DNA of 64,000 nt from a virus. Position numbers and translations under genes: made by a program. The number at the start of each line of letters is the position of its first letter. Positions within the stretch are counted from its first letter, which is position 1. A model generated the notes under the pieces. The model did no database searches, had not been told where the DNA came from, and saw nothing but the letters and a program-made list of their open reading frames with translations. The stretch is taken from positions 22,934-86,933 of IMG/VR virus record IMGVR_UViG_3300021478_000001. One strand, 5' to 3'. Of the stretch, positions 1 through 8,612 are shown one piece after another.

Positions 1-143
1 TTTCTTTTTCCATTTTCGTTACTCCTTGACGCGCGTTGCGGTGAGGAGCGCTCTGTCCGTTCGCCTCTTTCACAAGTTTTCGTGGGCAAAAAGGACGGAC
101 TCAGGTGCTCCTCGCCGCAACGCGCGGCGTGTTGGTGGGGGGT

Positions 144-449
144 TTATTTCTGTGGAATTGCCCAATCACCGTGGTCAGCGACCATGATCATGAACAATTC
201 ATCCACTACTTCGTGGGCTGCCTCTGCGTCTGGGCCTCCAGCTTGCACCATGGGGCCAACTTCCTCTTCGCGGTCGCCGATGCAAAACGCTTCCAGTTGT
301 TCTGCATTTAACGTTGCGAGGTAGCGTCGTGCACGATCGATAGGCAGGTCAGTCAGATCGACACAACAATTTTCCGGGATGTCCATGCCCTGATCGTTGA
401 ATAAGCAACCAACGACTTGGGCAAATACCGGATCTTTCATCAGGTTCAT
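144..449 (-). CDS. hypothetical protein, paralogue of 61662..61967
   Basis: ORF with AGGAG RBS; shares F.DQGM...LATLN.E....F.IGD...AH.....LF with 61662..61967. Confidence 0.7.
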   Translation of the reverse strand: MNLMKDPVFAQVVGCLFNDQGMDIPENCCVDLTDLPIDRARRYLATLNAEQLEAFCIGDREEEVGPMVQAGGPDAEAAHEVVDELFMIMVADHGDWAIPQK

Positions 450-507
450 TGCTTTCTCCTGTGGTGTTGGTGGCAGGGCGCAACGTGCGCCCCGCCGTTT
501 TTGTGCG

Positions 508-945
508 TTACTGCGCGGCGATGACCATGACCGCGAACACGACCGGAAGAACCTTGATCAGGTTCTCCTTGACCGCGCGGGCGATGGTGGCGCGCCACTC
601 CGGATACTTCTTGAGGAAGTCGCCGACCGTCTTGGACTTGCGCAGCGCCTCGAAGCGCTCGTAGGGCGGCAGACCTTCGCGGCGCGGATTGGTATCGACG
701 AGCACCTGGATCTTCTGTGACACGTCGTACTTCGGCGCGAACGCCTTGGTCTTGGTCACCTCCTTGGGGGTCACCGACTTGACCGCGCGGGCGACTGCCG
801 CCTTGGTCACCTTGCCCTTCTTGGTGGTCTTCACCGGTGCAACAAGCACCTTGGCACCTTTCGGGGCGGCATCCTTGGCGGAGGCCTTGAGATCCGCAAC
901 CAGAGTGGAGGTGGCGGGAACGGTCTTCTGGGCTTTCTTAGCCAT
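508..945 (-). CDS. Lys/Ala-rich basic protein with C-terminal NPR..G..ER domain (putative DNA-binding)
   Basis: Histone-like basic N-terminus; C-terminal domain shared with 57584..58204 and 58774..59286. Confidence 0.65.
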   Translation of the reverse strand: MAKKAQKTVPATSTLVADLKASAKDAAPKGAKVLVAPVKTTKKGKVTKAAVARAVKSVTPKEVTKTKAFAPKYDVSQKIQVLVDTNPRREGLPPYERFEALRKSKTVGDFLKKYPEWRATIARAVKENLIKVLPVVFAVMVIAAQ

Positions 946-1295
946 TTGAGTTTACTCTCTTTCAAGTGCGCCCTGTGGGCGCGGTAATGTTTGGCAGCTG
1001 GTAAGGCATACCAAACAGTTGAAGACCCGCCGCGCGGCGCGCGGCAGGGGCAGTGTGCGCTTTGCAGCGCCATGGGCTTACCGCACTGGCACCCCTTGCA
1101 CTGGCCAACGCGCCACCAAAAGCGGTGGAGGGCTGCGCAAGGGGGCTGTACGCGCGGGGCGCACGGTTGGCCCAAGCCGCTACTTAGCGGGAGGGGGCGC
1201 AGTAGGGTTGCTCTGGCTTTTTGGGCCGCACCACACGCTTGGAATCGCGTGGCCCTACCGGTGAACCGCGCTGCATGGGCAGCGCCAACACACAC

Positions 1296-1323
1296 AACAT
1301 AACATGCTACCCGTAGCATGCAA
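1296..1323 (-). promoter_or_regulatory. putative sigma70 promoter with palindromic operator
   Basis: Minus strand TTGCAT-16nt-TATGTT; perfect inverted repeat CATGCTAC-CC-GTAGCATG at 1303-1320. Confidence 0.5.
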
Positions 1324-1674
1324 GAAAAATAGTGTGAAAACGACTAGGTGCGGCACCCTGCCGCAGGTAGGGCTAATTCTAGTTAGAGTTCAAGCACTTA
1401 GCTGTTACCGGTAGCAAGCCCCTTTGGCGGCACCTTGCCTCTGCCTCTGCCTCTGCCCCTTGCCTTAATTGCGAGTTGGTGGGGCAATGAACTCACAATG
1501 CCCTAGGGCGACTCCGTGGCAGGGCATGCGCGGCGCGGCCATAAGGGTAGCGGGCACCTTGGAATAACGCACAGGTGAGCTCCCTAGGGGCTGGTTTTGA
1601 GATGGTTGTAGTGCGAAAAATTGCTACCTGGGAAAAATGACCATTTTGGTCATTTGTTTGGAGTTCGCAGATAA

Positions 1675-1703
1675 AAAGAAACCGGAGCGTTGCTGCTCCG
1701 GCC
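1675..1703 (-). terminator. intrinsic terminator
   Basis: CCGGAGC-loop-GCTCCGG stem followed by a T-rich tract on - strand; similar copy at 2236-2272. Confidence 0.55.
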
Positions 1704-1715
1704 TTGAATGGCAGT

Positions 1716-1985
1716 TCATGGAATTTCTGCCCAAGCCTCTGGTTCAAATTCCTCGCAGTTACAAAATTCGTCATGGTCCCAGTTCCACCCAACGCAAATC
1801 CATTGACCTGGATCACTATCGCTTTCTGGATACCAGTGTCCCATGGTGATAAAGCTTTCTTCAGGTTTTACATCATACAGAGCAAGGCTTTCTGCGTTCT
1901 TCACCTTTAGGAATATCAGCCGATTGGGATAATCCGTGTTGTTTTTCACGAACTCGGCCATTGGCTTCCAATCAATCGTAGTCAC
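1716..1985 (-). CDS. hypothetical protein (Trp-rich, phage accessory type)
   Basis: ORF track; AAGGAG RBS; WKPM...GWNW...PEAWAEIP pattern. Confidence 0.6.
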   Translation of the reverse strand: MTTIDWKPMAEFVKNNTDYPNRLIFLKVKNAESLALYDVKPEESFITMGHWYPESDSDPGQWICVGWNWDHDEFCNCEEFEPEAWAEIP

Positions 1986-2000
1986 ATCACTTCTCCTTTA

Positions 2001-2216
2001 CTACTTCGTTGGGTGCCAGTGGAAGCCATCCGGGAGACTGCACCAGAAAAATAATTCCCCGGAGACAATTATGTAGAAGGCGGTTTGTGATTCATCGATA
2101 TCTTCTTGCTCGATCAATCGGTAAACCTGACTTCCAGCTATGTCTGTATCTGGTGCCGTGAAAATGGCAACGGGGATGAGGTCGTTGGCATTAACGCGGT
2201 AGACAGTGAGTTCCAT
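2001..2216 (-). CDS. hypothetical protein
   Basis: ORF with GGAGAG RBS. Confidence 0.6.
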   Translation of the reverse strand: MELTVYRVNANDLIPVAIFTAPDTDIAGSQVYRLIEQEDIDESQTAFYIIVSGELFFWCSLPDGFHWHPTK

Positions 2217-2235
2217 TTTGTTTTTCTCTCCATTG

Positions 2236-2272
2236 AAAGAAACCGGAGCAGCTGGTGCCGCTCCGGGTCTTT
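2236..2272. terminator. intrinsic terminator (possibly bidirectional)
   Basis: AAAGAAA-CCGGAGC...GCTCCGG-GTCTTTT. Confidence 0.5.
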
Positions 2273-2335
2273 TGTTAGGCTGAGAATATATCTTCGTCTA
2301 CGGCGACGCCGAGTACTTTTGCGGCGTTTCGCTGA

Positions 2336-2623
2336 TTAGCGTTTAGCTTTCCTTTGACTTTGACTAGCATAGAGTAACTCATGTATTTCCTGCTCAGTCA
2401 ACGCCACTAGGATTTTATCCTTCAGCTCCTCATCATTATCTATCAGACGTTTTGCTTCAGGACTGTTTAGTTGAAGAATTTTGTATTGTATCTTGAAATC
2501 ACGACTAGATATAAGTTCTCTAGCTTGTTTTTCTAGGGCTTCAGTACTGTCACTTGCTTCGGAAAGGTAGAAGCCCTTATGGTGATTCAAGAACAATCCA
2601 TATTTCTTCTCACGTTCAGCCAT
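2336..2623 (-). CDS. hypothetical protein
   Basis: ORF with AGGAGAG RBS, directly downstream of promoter 2685-2713. Confidence 0.65.
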   Translation of the reverse strand: MAEREKKYGLFLNHHKGFYLSEASDSTEALEKQARELISSRDFKIQYKILQLNSPEAKRLIDNDEELKDKILVALTEQEIHELLYASQSQRKAKR

Positions 2624-2684
2624 TTACTCTCTCCTATTCACTTTTCAAACAGCATTTGTTGGTGCGGTATACACCAACCAAACA

Positions 2685-2713
2685 ATTATAGCACAGTTAC
2701 AGGTAGCAAGCAA
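2685..2713 (-). promoter_or_regulatory. sigma70 promoter (leftward) with operator in spacer
   Basis: Minus strand TTGCTT-17nt-TATAAT with extended -10 TGn; spacer holds GCTAC-CT-GTAAC. Confidence 0.7.
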
Positions 2714-2725
2714 TAGGAACAAATA

Positions 2726-3007
2726 ATGGGTGTGACTGAGGAAGCTGGTAAGGTTGGGAGCGCCGCTGTTTCTGCGATGTCCTCGCAGCCGCTGGCGATT
2801 GCGCTCTTAATCATCAATATCGGTTTCCTTGGATTTGCTGGTTATATCTTGGGAGAAGTCGCTGCTAATGCCAGTGAGCGTAACAAGTTACAGATGGAGT
2901 TGATTGCCAAGCTGGTTGGTGATATTCGTGACTGCCGACAAGGACCAGCAACTCGGTCAAAGTATCTACCGCTTCCACCGTACTCGCCGATACCGATCAG
3001 AGATTAA
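2726..3007 (+). CDS. small membrane protein
   Basis: One hydrophobic segment PLAIALLIINIGFLGFAGYIL; first gene of the + strand operon. Confidence 0.6.
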   Translation: MGVTEEAGKVGSAAVSAMSSQPLAIALLIINIGFLGFAGYILGEVAANASERNKLQMELIAKLVGDIRDCRQGPATRSKYLPLPPYSPIPIRD

Positions 3008-3022
3008 CAAAAGGAGCAGACA

Positions 3023-3433
3023 ATGTCACTCAAAGTCGTTACTGTGCATATCCCTCGTGGTGAGAGCCTTAGTGATGGTGCGGATTGCACTGAAGGCACT
3101 ATCATTCGCGTGGCCGCGCCGCGTGATGGATGGGATGGTGCGAATATCAGCTTTGAAGTATCAACAGATGACAGCCCCAACTATCATGCGTTGATCGATG
3201 TCAACGGTGAGGATGTGCAGGTTCCCGTCAAGATCGGCTGTTCTACTGTGGTACGGGAAGCTGATGGCTTGGCTCCTGGATGGTACAAGATCCGGTCCGG
3301 CACTTTGGACAATCCAGTGGAGCAATCCGGCGACCGTGATTTCTCATTTGTGCTGTTGACGAGTGAGGTATCGGCACCGGCGCGTTCTGCTGTTCCAGGC
3401 AAAGGACCTGGACAACATGAAAGAAGTCGCTGA
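3023..3433 (+). CDS. hypothetical protein (beta-rich)
   Basis: AAGGAG RBS; stop overlaps terS start. Confidence 0.65.
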   Translation: MSLKVVTVHIPRGESLSDGADCTEGTIIRVAAPRDGWDGANISFEVSTDDSPNYHALIDVNGEDVQVPVKIGCSTVVREADGLAPGWYKIRSGTLDNPVEQSGDRDFSFVLLTSEVSAPARSAVPGKGPGQHERSR

Positions 3434-3885
3434 TGGATATCCGTCCTAAAGGAGGCCGCAGAAATCGTGCGGCTTTCGCACTCGTCGATGGTATGGCCGA
3501 TCATCTGCGGCCAGATCCACCAGATTTCTTGTCTGATGAAGAAGCCGCTGAATGGATTCCCATTGTGGCACGCATGCCGCCGCAATGGTTCACTGCGGAA
3601 CTCTGGCCTCTGCTCTCGGCTTACTGTCAGCACATCGTGCTGGCCAAGGAAATCATGGAGCAGATTCGGGCAATCAAGCTGGATGCTGATGCGGAAATAA
3701 AAGTAATCAAGGCTAACGCCATGTTGCGGGCGATGTTGGTGCGGGAGCATCGGGTTATGATCACTCTTGCTACCAAGATGCGCTTGACTCCGACGAGTAA
3801 ATATGAAACAGTCGCGCAAGAAAACCAGAAAGACCGTCAGCCAAAGTTCCGTCAGCCATTCCAAGTGGATAACTCTGCCGCCTGA
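3433..3885 (+). CDS. terS: terminase small subunit
   Basis: PPDFLSDEEAAEW...LLSAYC...MRLTPTS motif of P27-type small terminases; immediately upstream of terL. Confidence 0.8.
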   Translation: MDIRPKGGRRNRAAFALVDGMADHLRPDPPDFLSDEEAAEWIPIVARMPPQWFTAELWPLLSAYCQHIVLAKEIMEQIRAIKLDADAEIKVIKANAMLRAMLVREHRVMITLATKMRLTPTSKYETVAQENQKDRQPKFRQPFQVDNSAA

Positions 3886-5395
3886 AAAGGTTTCGGCCAA
3901 GCAAGTTATCCATTGGATTGAGAACACGCTCTATGTTCCTGAGGGTCGTTTCATTGGTCAGCCTATGCGGTTGGCTCCTTGGCAGAAAGACGAACTCAGG
4001 AACATTTACGATAATCCAGCTGGCACGCGCCGTGCTATCCTCAGTTTTGCGCGCAAGAATGGCAAGACGGCGTTAAGTGCTTGTCTATTGCTGGTGCATC
4101 TGTGTGGACCGAAGGCGATTCCTAATTCTAGCTTGTATTCTGCGGCGCAAAGCCGTGATCAGGCTTCGTTAATTTTTAATCTGGCTGCAAAGATTATTCG
4201 CATGGCTCCAGTGTTGCATGATCAAATCGTTATCAAGGAAGCTACCAAGGTTTTGGAATTTCCCACTTATGGCTCCAAATATCGGGCGCTTAGTGCAGAG
4301 GTGACGACGGCATATGGCTTGTCGCCGGTGTTTGTTGTTCATGATGAGCTCGGGCAAGTGCGCGGTCCGCGAAGCAGTTTGTATGAAGCACTCGAGACTG
4401 CGACTGGTGCCCAGGAAAATCCGCTCAGCGTAATTATCTCTACACAAGCACCGACGGACGGGGATCTGTTAAGCATATTAATCGATGATGCTTTGACAGA
4501 AGCAGATCCTCGCGTGGTTTGCAAAGTGTATTCTGCGCCTATGGATATTGATCCATTCTGTGAAGCGGCATTGCGATTGGCTAATCCAGCTTATGGTGAC
4601 TTCCTTAATCCACAGGAAGTCTTGGGTATGGCTAATGATGCCAAGCGCATGCCCGCGCGTGAGGCGGAATATCGTAATCTGGTGCTTAATCAACGTGTGG
4701 AGGCGTTGGCACCATTTGTGAGTAAGGACGTTTGGGATCGCTGCGGCTTTGCGACTGAAGATATCATGGATACGCCGGTTTATGGTGGGTTGGATTTGAG
4801 CGAAGTTAAAGACCTCACTGCATTGGTTCTCATAGGTATGGTGCATGGTAGATGGCAAGTGCATCCTACATTTTGGTTGCCGAGCGAGGGGATTGCCGAG
4901 AAGGCGCGCAATGATCGGGTGCCTTACGATTTGTGGGTGAAGAATAAATCTTTGGAGACCACGCCTGGACGGAGTGTCAGCTATGAGTATGTGGCTAATT
5001 ATCTTCGTGGTGTATTTGATACCTATGATATTAGGAAGCTGGCATTTGATACTTGGAACATGAAGCATCTGAAGCCGTGGCTGGAGCAGGCCGGTTTTAG
5101 CGAACAGGAAATCAAGGATAAGTTCGTGGAGTTCGGGCAAGGCACTAAATCTATGTCGCCGGCGCTACGCGAGCTTGAAGAAATCTTGTTGGAAGAGAAA
5201 ATGGCGCACGGCATGCATCCGGTATTGTCCATGTGCGCTGGAAATAGCGTGGTGGAAGGCAAGGATAGTGCCAATCGCAGACTATCCAAGAATAAATCTT
5301 CAGGTCGCATAGATGGAATGGTGGCGTTGGCCATGGCTGTAGGGGCCGCGCCATTGAAAGCACCGCAAGTAGACATAGAAGCTTTGATAGGGTGA
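3803..5395 (+). CDS. terL: terminase large subunit
   Basis: Walker A ARKNGKT, Walker B VVHDELG, IIST motif, nuclease GGLDLS...RIDGMVALAMA. Confidence 0.95.
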   Translation: MKQSRKKTRKTVSQSSVSHSKWITLPPEKVSAKQVIHWIENTLYVPEGRFIGQPMRLAPWQKDELRNIYDNPAGTRRAILSFARKNGKTALSACLLLVHLCGPKAIPNSSLYSAAQSRDQASLIFNLAAKIIRMAPVLHDQIVIKEATKVLEFPTYGSKYRALSAEVTTAYGLSPVFVVHDELGQVRGPRSSLYEALETATGAQENPLSVIISTQAPTDGDLLSILIDDALTEADPRVVCKVYSAPMDIDPFCEAALRLANPAYGDFLNPQEVLGMANDAKRMPAREAEYRNLVLNQRVEALAPFVSKDVWDRCGFATEDIMDTPVYGGLDLSEVKDLTALVLIGMVHGRWQVHPTFWLPSEGIAEKARNDRVPYDLWVKNKSLETTPGRSVSYEYVANYLRGVFDTYDIRKLAFDTWNMKHLKPWLEQAGFSEQEIKDKFVEFGQGTKSMSPALRELEEILLEEKMAHGMHPVLSMCAGNSVVEGKDSANRRLSKNKSSGRIDGMVALAMAVGAAPLKAPQVDIEALIG

Positions 5396-5399
5396 TATC

Positions 5400-5594
5400 A
5401 TGGACGAACCTTTGTTGCAATTTTTCACGTGGGAACACTTGAAGCCGGAACTGCAAGAAGTGAGCAAACACTTTGCCACGCTTGCAGATACGATTGTTTC
5501 ATCTCTTCCACGTAATCCAGAACGTACAGTAGCATTGCGGAAGTTGTTGGAAGCGAAAGACTGCGCAGTACGCGCGAAACTCTTCAAAGGTTAA
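5400..5594 (+). CDS. small helical-hairpin protein, Acb2/Tad1-like candidate
   Basis: LQFF...HL...LPRNPERTVALRKLLEAKDCAVRA resembles the Acb2/Tad1 hairpin pattern (from recall). Confidence 0.45.
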   Translation: MDEPLLQFFTWEHLKPELQEVSKHFATLADTIVSSLPRNPERTVALRKLLEAKDCAVRAKLFKG

Positions 5595-5741
5595 GTCGCT
5601 CTTGTATCAGTTTACGGCCTGATACAAGATGGTGAGTGGAAAAGCCTCATAAGCTCAAGTCCACTCCTTGCGGACCGTGGGGTTTTTCCGGTCTTTGGCG
5701 CCTCACGGTCCGTACCAATTTGAAATACGAAAGGAAACAAC

Positions 5742-6089
5742 ATGCAAGTAACAGTGACGATCAAGACAGTTGAAGAAAAATTTCCCGGCGGCACCATCGG
5801 TGGCGACTTTCGTATAGAATTGGCACTAGCCAATGATCCAGGAGTAATAGCAGACAACTATGAAGGTCCAAACTCCTCTGCAAACTTTGATTTGCCGGAT
5901 AGTGATCCTCCGGATACTTATGTCGTTCGCGGTTGCCGTCTTGATGCTGGCGGTGCTGTCATTGGTGGTATCGTTACAACGCAATACACTGTTGGAGAAG
6001 ATTTGGTGCCTATGGATGTAGCCGATAGTATTTCGGTTGTCTCTGTATTGACATCCAGGGAGGCTCCGGCTCCGAAAGGCAAGCGTTGA
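5742..6089 (+). CDS. hypothetical protein
   Basis: AAGGA RBS; beta-rich ORF. Confidence 0.6.
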   Translation: MQVTVTIKTVEEKFPGGTIGGDFRIELALANDPGVIADNYEGPNSSANFDLPDSDPPDTYVVRGCRLDAGGAVIGGIVTTQYTVGEDLVPMDVADSISVVSVLTSREAPAPKGKR

Positions 6090-6221
6090 TGCCTCAGAAG
6101 ACAGTAGCACAGACAGTATATGAACTTCTGCGTCTTGTTGCTACTTGGCTGCAACAGCCCACAATCATTAAGGTCGCACAGGATATTTCTGTGCGACCAA
6201 CTAAACAGAGCTGATGAATAA

Positions 6222-8210
6222 ATGCCGATTATACCATGGGAGTGTGCACATGGTGATACACCATCTGTCTCGCTGCCATGTGCATCTACTGTTGCGATTG
6301 CGCCGCTTGATGATTCGGTAGATACGAACAATGTTATAATCACTGGTTCGGGGACTATTACTTCATTTGGACTCGGGCCATTAGTCACCAAACAAGTTAC
6401 GTTTGAACCAAGTGGATCCATCGTATTAACTCATAGTGCTTCGTTATCGTTGCTTGGTCATGCAACAAGGACAATCACTAATATATCTGTAGGAAAATAT
6501 TCCTGTGACGGTGCAGGTAATTGGATAGAATTAAGTTTTACTGATACTGTTGTAGGAGGTGGATCTGGTGGTGGTCCGGGAGCAACTGGTCCAACAGGTC
6601 CTACAGGACCGACTGGTCCAGCTGGTTCTTCTGGCGGTGCCACTGGTCCGCGTGGTGCAACTGGTCCTACAGGACCAACTGGATCCACTGGTCCTACAGG
6701 ACCACAAGGAATTGTTGGTCCGACTGGCGCGACTGGTATTACAGGATCGGCTGGAGTTGTTGGACCAATTGGACCAACGGGTCCGCAAGGTAATGTTGGT
6801 TCTACAGGAACGACTGGAGCAACAGGTCCACAAGGAACTGCTGGATCACCTGGAGGTGCCACTGGACCAACTGGTCCTGCTGGCATAAATGGTGCGACTG
6901 GAGCGACGGGTGCATCAGGTTCTCCTGGTTCTCCTGGAGGAGCAACAGGAGTTACCGGCCCGACTGGTCCACAAGGAATAGTTGGTCCAACTGGCCCAAT
7001 AGGAGTTACAGGACCGACAGGTTTACAAGGACTAGCTGGTCCAACTGGACCAACTGGTTTAACAGGAATTACTGGACCAACTGGTTTGCAGGGAATAGCT
7101 GGTCCTACTGGTCCACAAGGAGTAGTTGGACCAACTGGTCCTATAGGGTTGACAGGTACGACTGGTCCGACAGGAGTTGGTACGACCGGCGCTACTGGTG
7201 TAACAGGTCCTATTGGAGTTACTGGACCTATTGGGCCAACAGGAGGAGCTGGACTAGCAGGACCAACTGGTCCAACTGGACCGTCAGGATCTGCTGGAGG
7301 GGTTGGACCAGCAGGAACTACCGGAGCAACTGGACCTACAGGATCTGCTGGTGGTGCAGGTCCACAGGGAGTAACAGGTCCTACTGGACCATCAGGATCT
7401 GCTGGTGGTGTAGGAACTACCGGAGCAACTGGACCGACTGGTCCAATAGGATCGGCTACGGTTTTGTGTGGTTGGATTGCTGGGTTAACACTTTCGAATG
7501 ACGGTACGACGCCAACGACCAAGCTTGATATTGCCGCCGGTCAAGCCGCCGACAGTGGCAACGCCGCGCTGATCAGTATCGGCGCGTTCATCAAGGCGAT
7601 CAGCGGCGCGTGGGTTTTTGGTTCCGGCAACAACGGCATGGGCAACGGACTCACTGTTGCCGCGAACACTTGGTATCACGTTATCCTGGCGAACAATAAC
7701 GGCACGCCGGATATCTACTTCGATACCTCGGTAACTGGAGCAAACAGGCCAAGCGGTATTTCTGATACCAAAGTTCGTCGTATCGGCTCGTTCAAGACCA
7801 ACGCCTCGTCGCAGATTATCGCGTTCATTCAGAACGGTGAAGAGTTTTTGTGGGCTATTCCGGTCACTGATTATAGCGCTCAGGGTCAAGGAGCGACGGC
7901 TAATCTTTATGTCTTGTCGGTGCCGACAGGAGTTCAAGTTTGGGCGATATTCTCAATCCAAATTAACGGCACGACAATAGTAACAAACTTGCTGGTCTAT
8001 TCTCCAGACATGGGCTCCGGTCTTACGGCAACCATGGGATCAGGCGGCATTACAACGCGCATGGGAGCGGCAAACTCGGTCAGCGCCACTATCCCTGCTC
8101 CAGTGCGAACCAATACTAGCGGTCAGGTCTATGTTGTTCAGAACGCCGCTGGTAACAGCTTCTCACTCACGACTTTGGGTTGGATAGATCGGCGCGGTAT
8201 GGACGCGTGA
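6222..8210 (+). CDS. collagen-like fibre protein (G-X-T rich) with C-terminal beta domain
   Basis: Long Gly-X-Y tract (GPT/GAT/GVT) about 6570-7450, flanked by globular domains. Confidence 0.85.
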   Translation: MPIIPWECAHGDTPSVSLPCASTVAIAPLDDSVDTNNVIITGSGTITSFGLGPLVTKQVTFEPSGSIVLTHSASLSLLGHATRTITNISVGKYSCDGAGNWIELSFTDTVVGGGSGGGPGATGPTGPTGPTGPAGSSGGATGPRGATGPTGPTGSTGPTGPQGIVGPTGATGITGSAGVVGPIGPTGPQGNVGSTGTTGATGPQGTAGSPGGATGPTGPAGINGATGATGASGSPGSPGGATGVTGPTGPQGIVGPTGPIGVTGPTGLQGLAGPTGPTGLTGITGPTGLQGIAGPTGPQGVVGPTGPIGLTGTTGPTGVGTTGATGVTGPIGVTGPIGPTGGAGLAGPTGPTGPSGSAGGVGPAGTTGATGPTGSAGGAGPQGVTGPTGPSGSAGGVGTTGATGPTGPIGSATVLCGWIAGLTLSNDGTTPTTKLDIAAGQAADSGNAALISIGAFIKAISGAWVFGSGNNGMGNGLTVAANTWYHVILANNNGTPDIYFDTSVTGANRPSGISDTKVRRIGSFKTNASSQIIAFIQNGEEFLWAIPVTDYSAQGQGATANLYVLSVPTGVQVWAIFSIQINGTTIVTNLLVYSPDMGSGLTATMGSGGITTRMGAANSVSATIPAPVRTNTSGQVYVVQNAAGNSFSLTTLGWIDRRGMDA

Positions 8211-8219
8211 GGAACAAAG

Positions 8220-8600
8220 ATGGCAACTGGTACGGCACAATCACAAGCAATCTATGTTGCTAATTCACTGCTCGGTGTCGCGCAGCAGATTATGAGTATT
8301 TATGAACAGATTGGTTTGCTTAGTCAGCAATGGAATGATCAACAAGTAGCAAATACGATGGCGACTTTTTCAACAGTTAATGAAACGCCAGATGGTGGTA
8401 TTGGTGATCCTGATCCAACACCTATTAACGGTCACAATTTTGATCCAGCGATTTATCCTGGTTTGAGTCGCTCGGTATCAGCGATGGAGGTGACGCAGAT
8501 TAAGACGGCACTTGATGATATTAAGGCTTACATTGATGGCCAAGATCTTCCGCCTAATCCTGGTGCCCGTGCCATTCTTAATGTGGCGACTGGTGGATGA
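8220..8600 (+). CDS. hypothetical structural-region protein
   Basis: ORF with GAGG RBS in the late operon. Confidence 0.65.
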   Translation: MATGTAQSQAIYVANSLLGVAQQIMSIYEQIGLLSQQWNDQQVANTMATFSTVNETPDGGIGDPDPTPINGHNFDPAIYPGLSRSVSAMEVTQIKTALDDIKAYIDGQDLPPNPGARAILNVATGG

Positions 8601-8612
8601 AGGATCAAACAA

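Noticed and set aside
831-1816. ORFs across the GC-rich gap (831..1319, 991..1302, 1493..1816; also 44612..45156)
   Set aside because: Low-complexity Ala/Arg/Gly/Pro translations expected from GC-rich DNA; no RBS or recognisable motifs
6458-7522. Long antisense Pro-rich ORFs over the collagen genes (also 13171-14249 and 34920-37136)
   Set aside because: Shadow frames of Gly-X-Y repeats
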